This document shows positions 6,543 through 7,013 of a stretch of 7,013 nucleotides of DNA, one piece after another. The notes beneath the pieces were generated by a model. That model ran no database searches. It was given only the letters and a program-made list of their open reading frames with translations, and was not told the origin of the DNA. The stretch is from Candidatus Hermodarchaeota archaeon. Lineage in GTDB: Archaea > Asgardarchaeota > Heimdallarchaeia > Hodarchaeales > Hodarchaeaceae. Both the position numbers and the translations under genes were made by a program. The first letter of the stretch is position 1. Every line of letters starts with the position of its first letter. The stretch is taken from assembly GCA_048886185.1 (NCBI GenBank), contig JBHLKY010000057.1, forward strand, positions 1-7,013. The letters run 5' to 3'.

Positions 6543-6825
6543 CGTCCTATTACCAATCCAACGAAATTATTTATTGGATTCCTCTGAGAACTGATCGTGA
6601 TGAGAATACAAAAAGGTGTGCAAATATAGATTTTATTATAAACATCCAATAACATGTTTGAACTACTCATCTTAGAGAGGTCATGTTAATTATAAGAATT
6701 ACTTTGAATTAATCGATTCTAGTAATTACTCTTAATTGGATAGATAAGAACTTCATAAGAGGGGACTGATAAAAGGATAACTCTTTCTGGTCAACAATAG
6801 AAATTCCCTATCTTGGTGCTTTCAA

Positions 6826-7013
6826 ATGTCCTTAACACGTGAGGAATTACATGATTTAGTCCTTGCAGGAAAGATAGCTCATTTAACTTTGAATCAGATA
6901 GAAAAGCATGTCAAGCCTGGTGTTTCTATTGGCACCCTCTATGATGCAATCGTAAAAGTCATTGTAAAAACAGGAGATGTTGATTTGGCATTCCCTCCTA
7001 ATATTTCAATGAA
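6826..7013 (+). CDS. map: Type II (archaeal/eukaryotic) methionine aminopeptidase, N-terminal 62 aa; truncated by the window edge
   Basis: Not in the ORF track; hand-translated from ATG 6826: MSLTREELHDLVLAGKIAHLTLNQIEKHVKPGVSIGTLYDAIVKVIVKTGDVDLAFPPNISM(N/K). 'AGKIA......IKPG' and 'AFP.NIS.N' are the type II MetAP N-terminal signature. In-frame TAA at 6778-6780 bounds the ORF upstream. Confidence 0.88.
   Translation, partial: MSLTREELHDLVLAGKIAHLTLNQIEKHVKPGVSIGTLYDAIVKVIVKTGDVDLAFPPNISM

Noticed and set aside
6584-6603. CTGA (6584-6587, 6591-6594) followed by GTGATGA (6597-6603), resembling a D'/C' pair of an archaeal C/D box sRNA
   Set aside because: There is no C box at guide distance upstream and no D box 10-20 nt downstream. 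The next CTGA is at 6766, too far for a typical 50-60 nt archaeal sRNA.

Overview
AT-rich, probably archaeal window. The evidence for archaea is the N-terminus of a type II methionine aminopeptidase at the right edge; an Asgard-like lineage is only a guess. Five metabolic genes run co-directionally on the minus strand, in transcription order: an APH/choline-kinase-fold phosphotransferase (5481-6542), an MtaD-like amidohydrolase with non-canonical active-site residues (3914-5341, TTG start), a FadD-type acyl-CoA ligase (2028-3800), a divergent SelA-like fold-type I PLP enzyme (322-1791), and an ornithine cyclodeaminase/mu-crystallin family gene cut by the left edge (<1-296). The last gene and the divergently transcribed map gene (6826->7013) are both missing from the ORF track. 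No rRNA, tRNA, CRISPR array or mobile element is evident. The best candidate for an undescribed system is the tightly coupled SelA-like plus cyclodeaminase-like pair (25 nt apart), possibly fed by the upstream kinase as an unknown amino-acid or amino-sugar-acid pathway. Gaps of 113-236 nt between the other genes argue that not all five form one operon. All functional proposals are inference from motifs; no searches were run.
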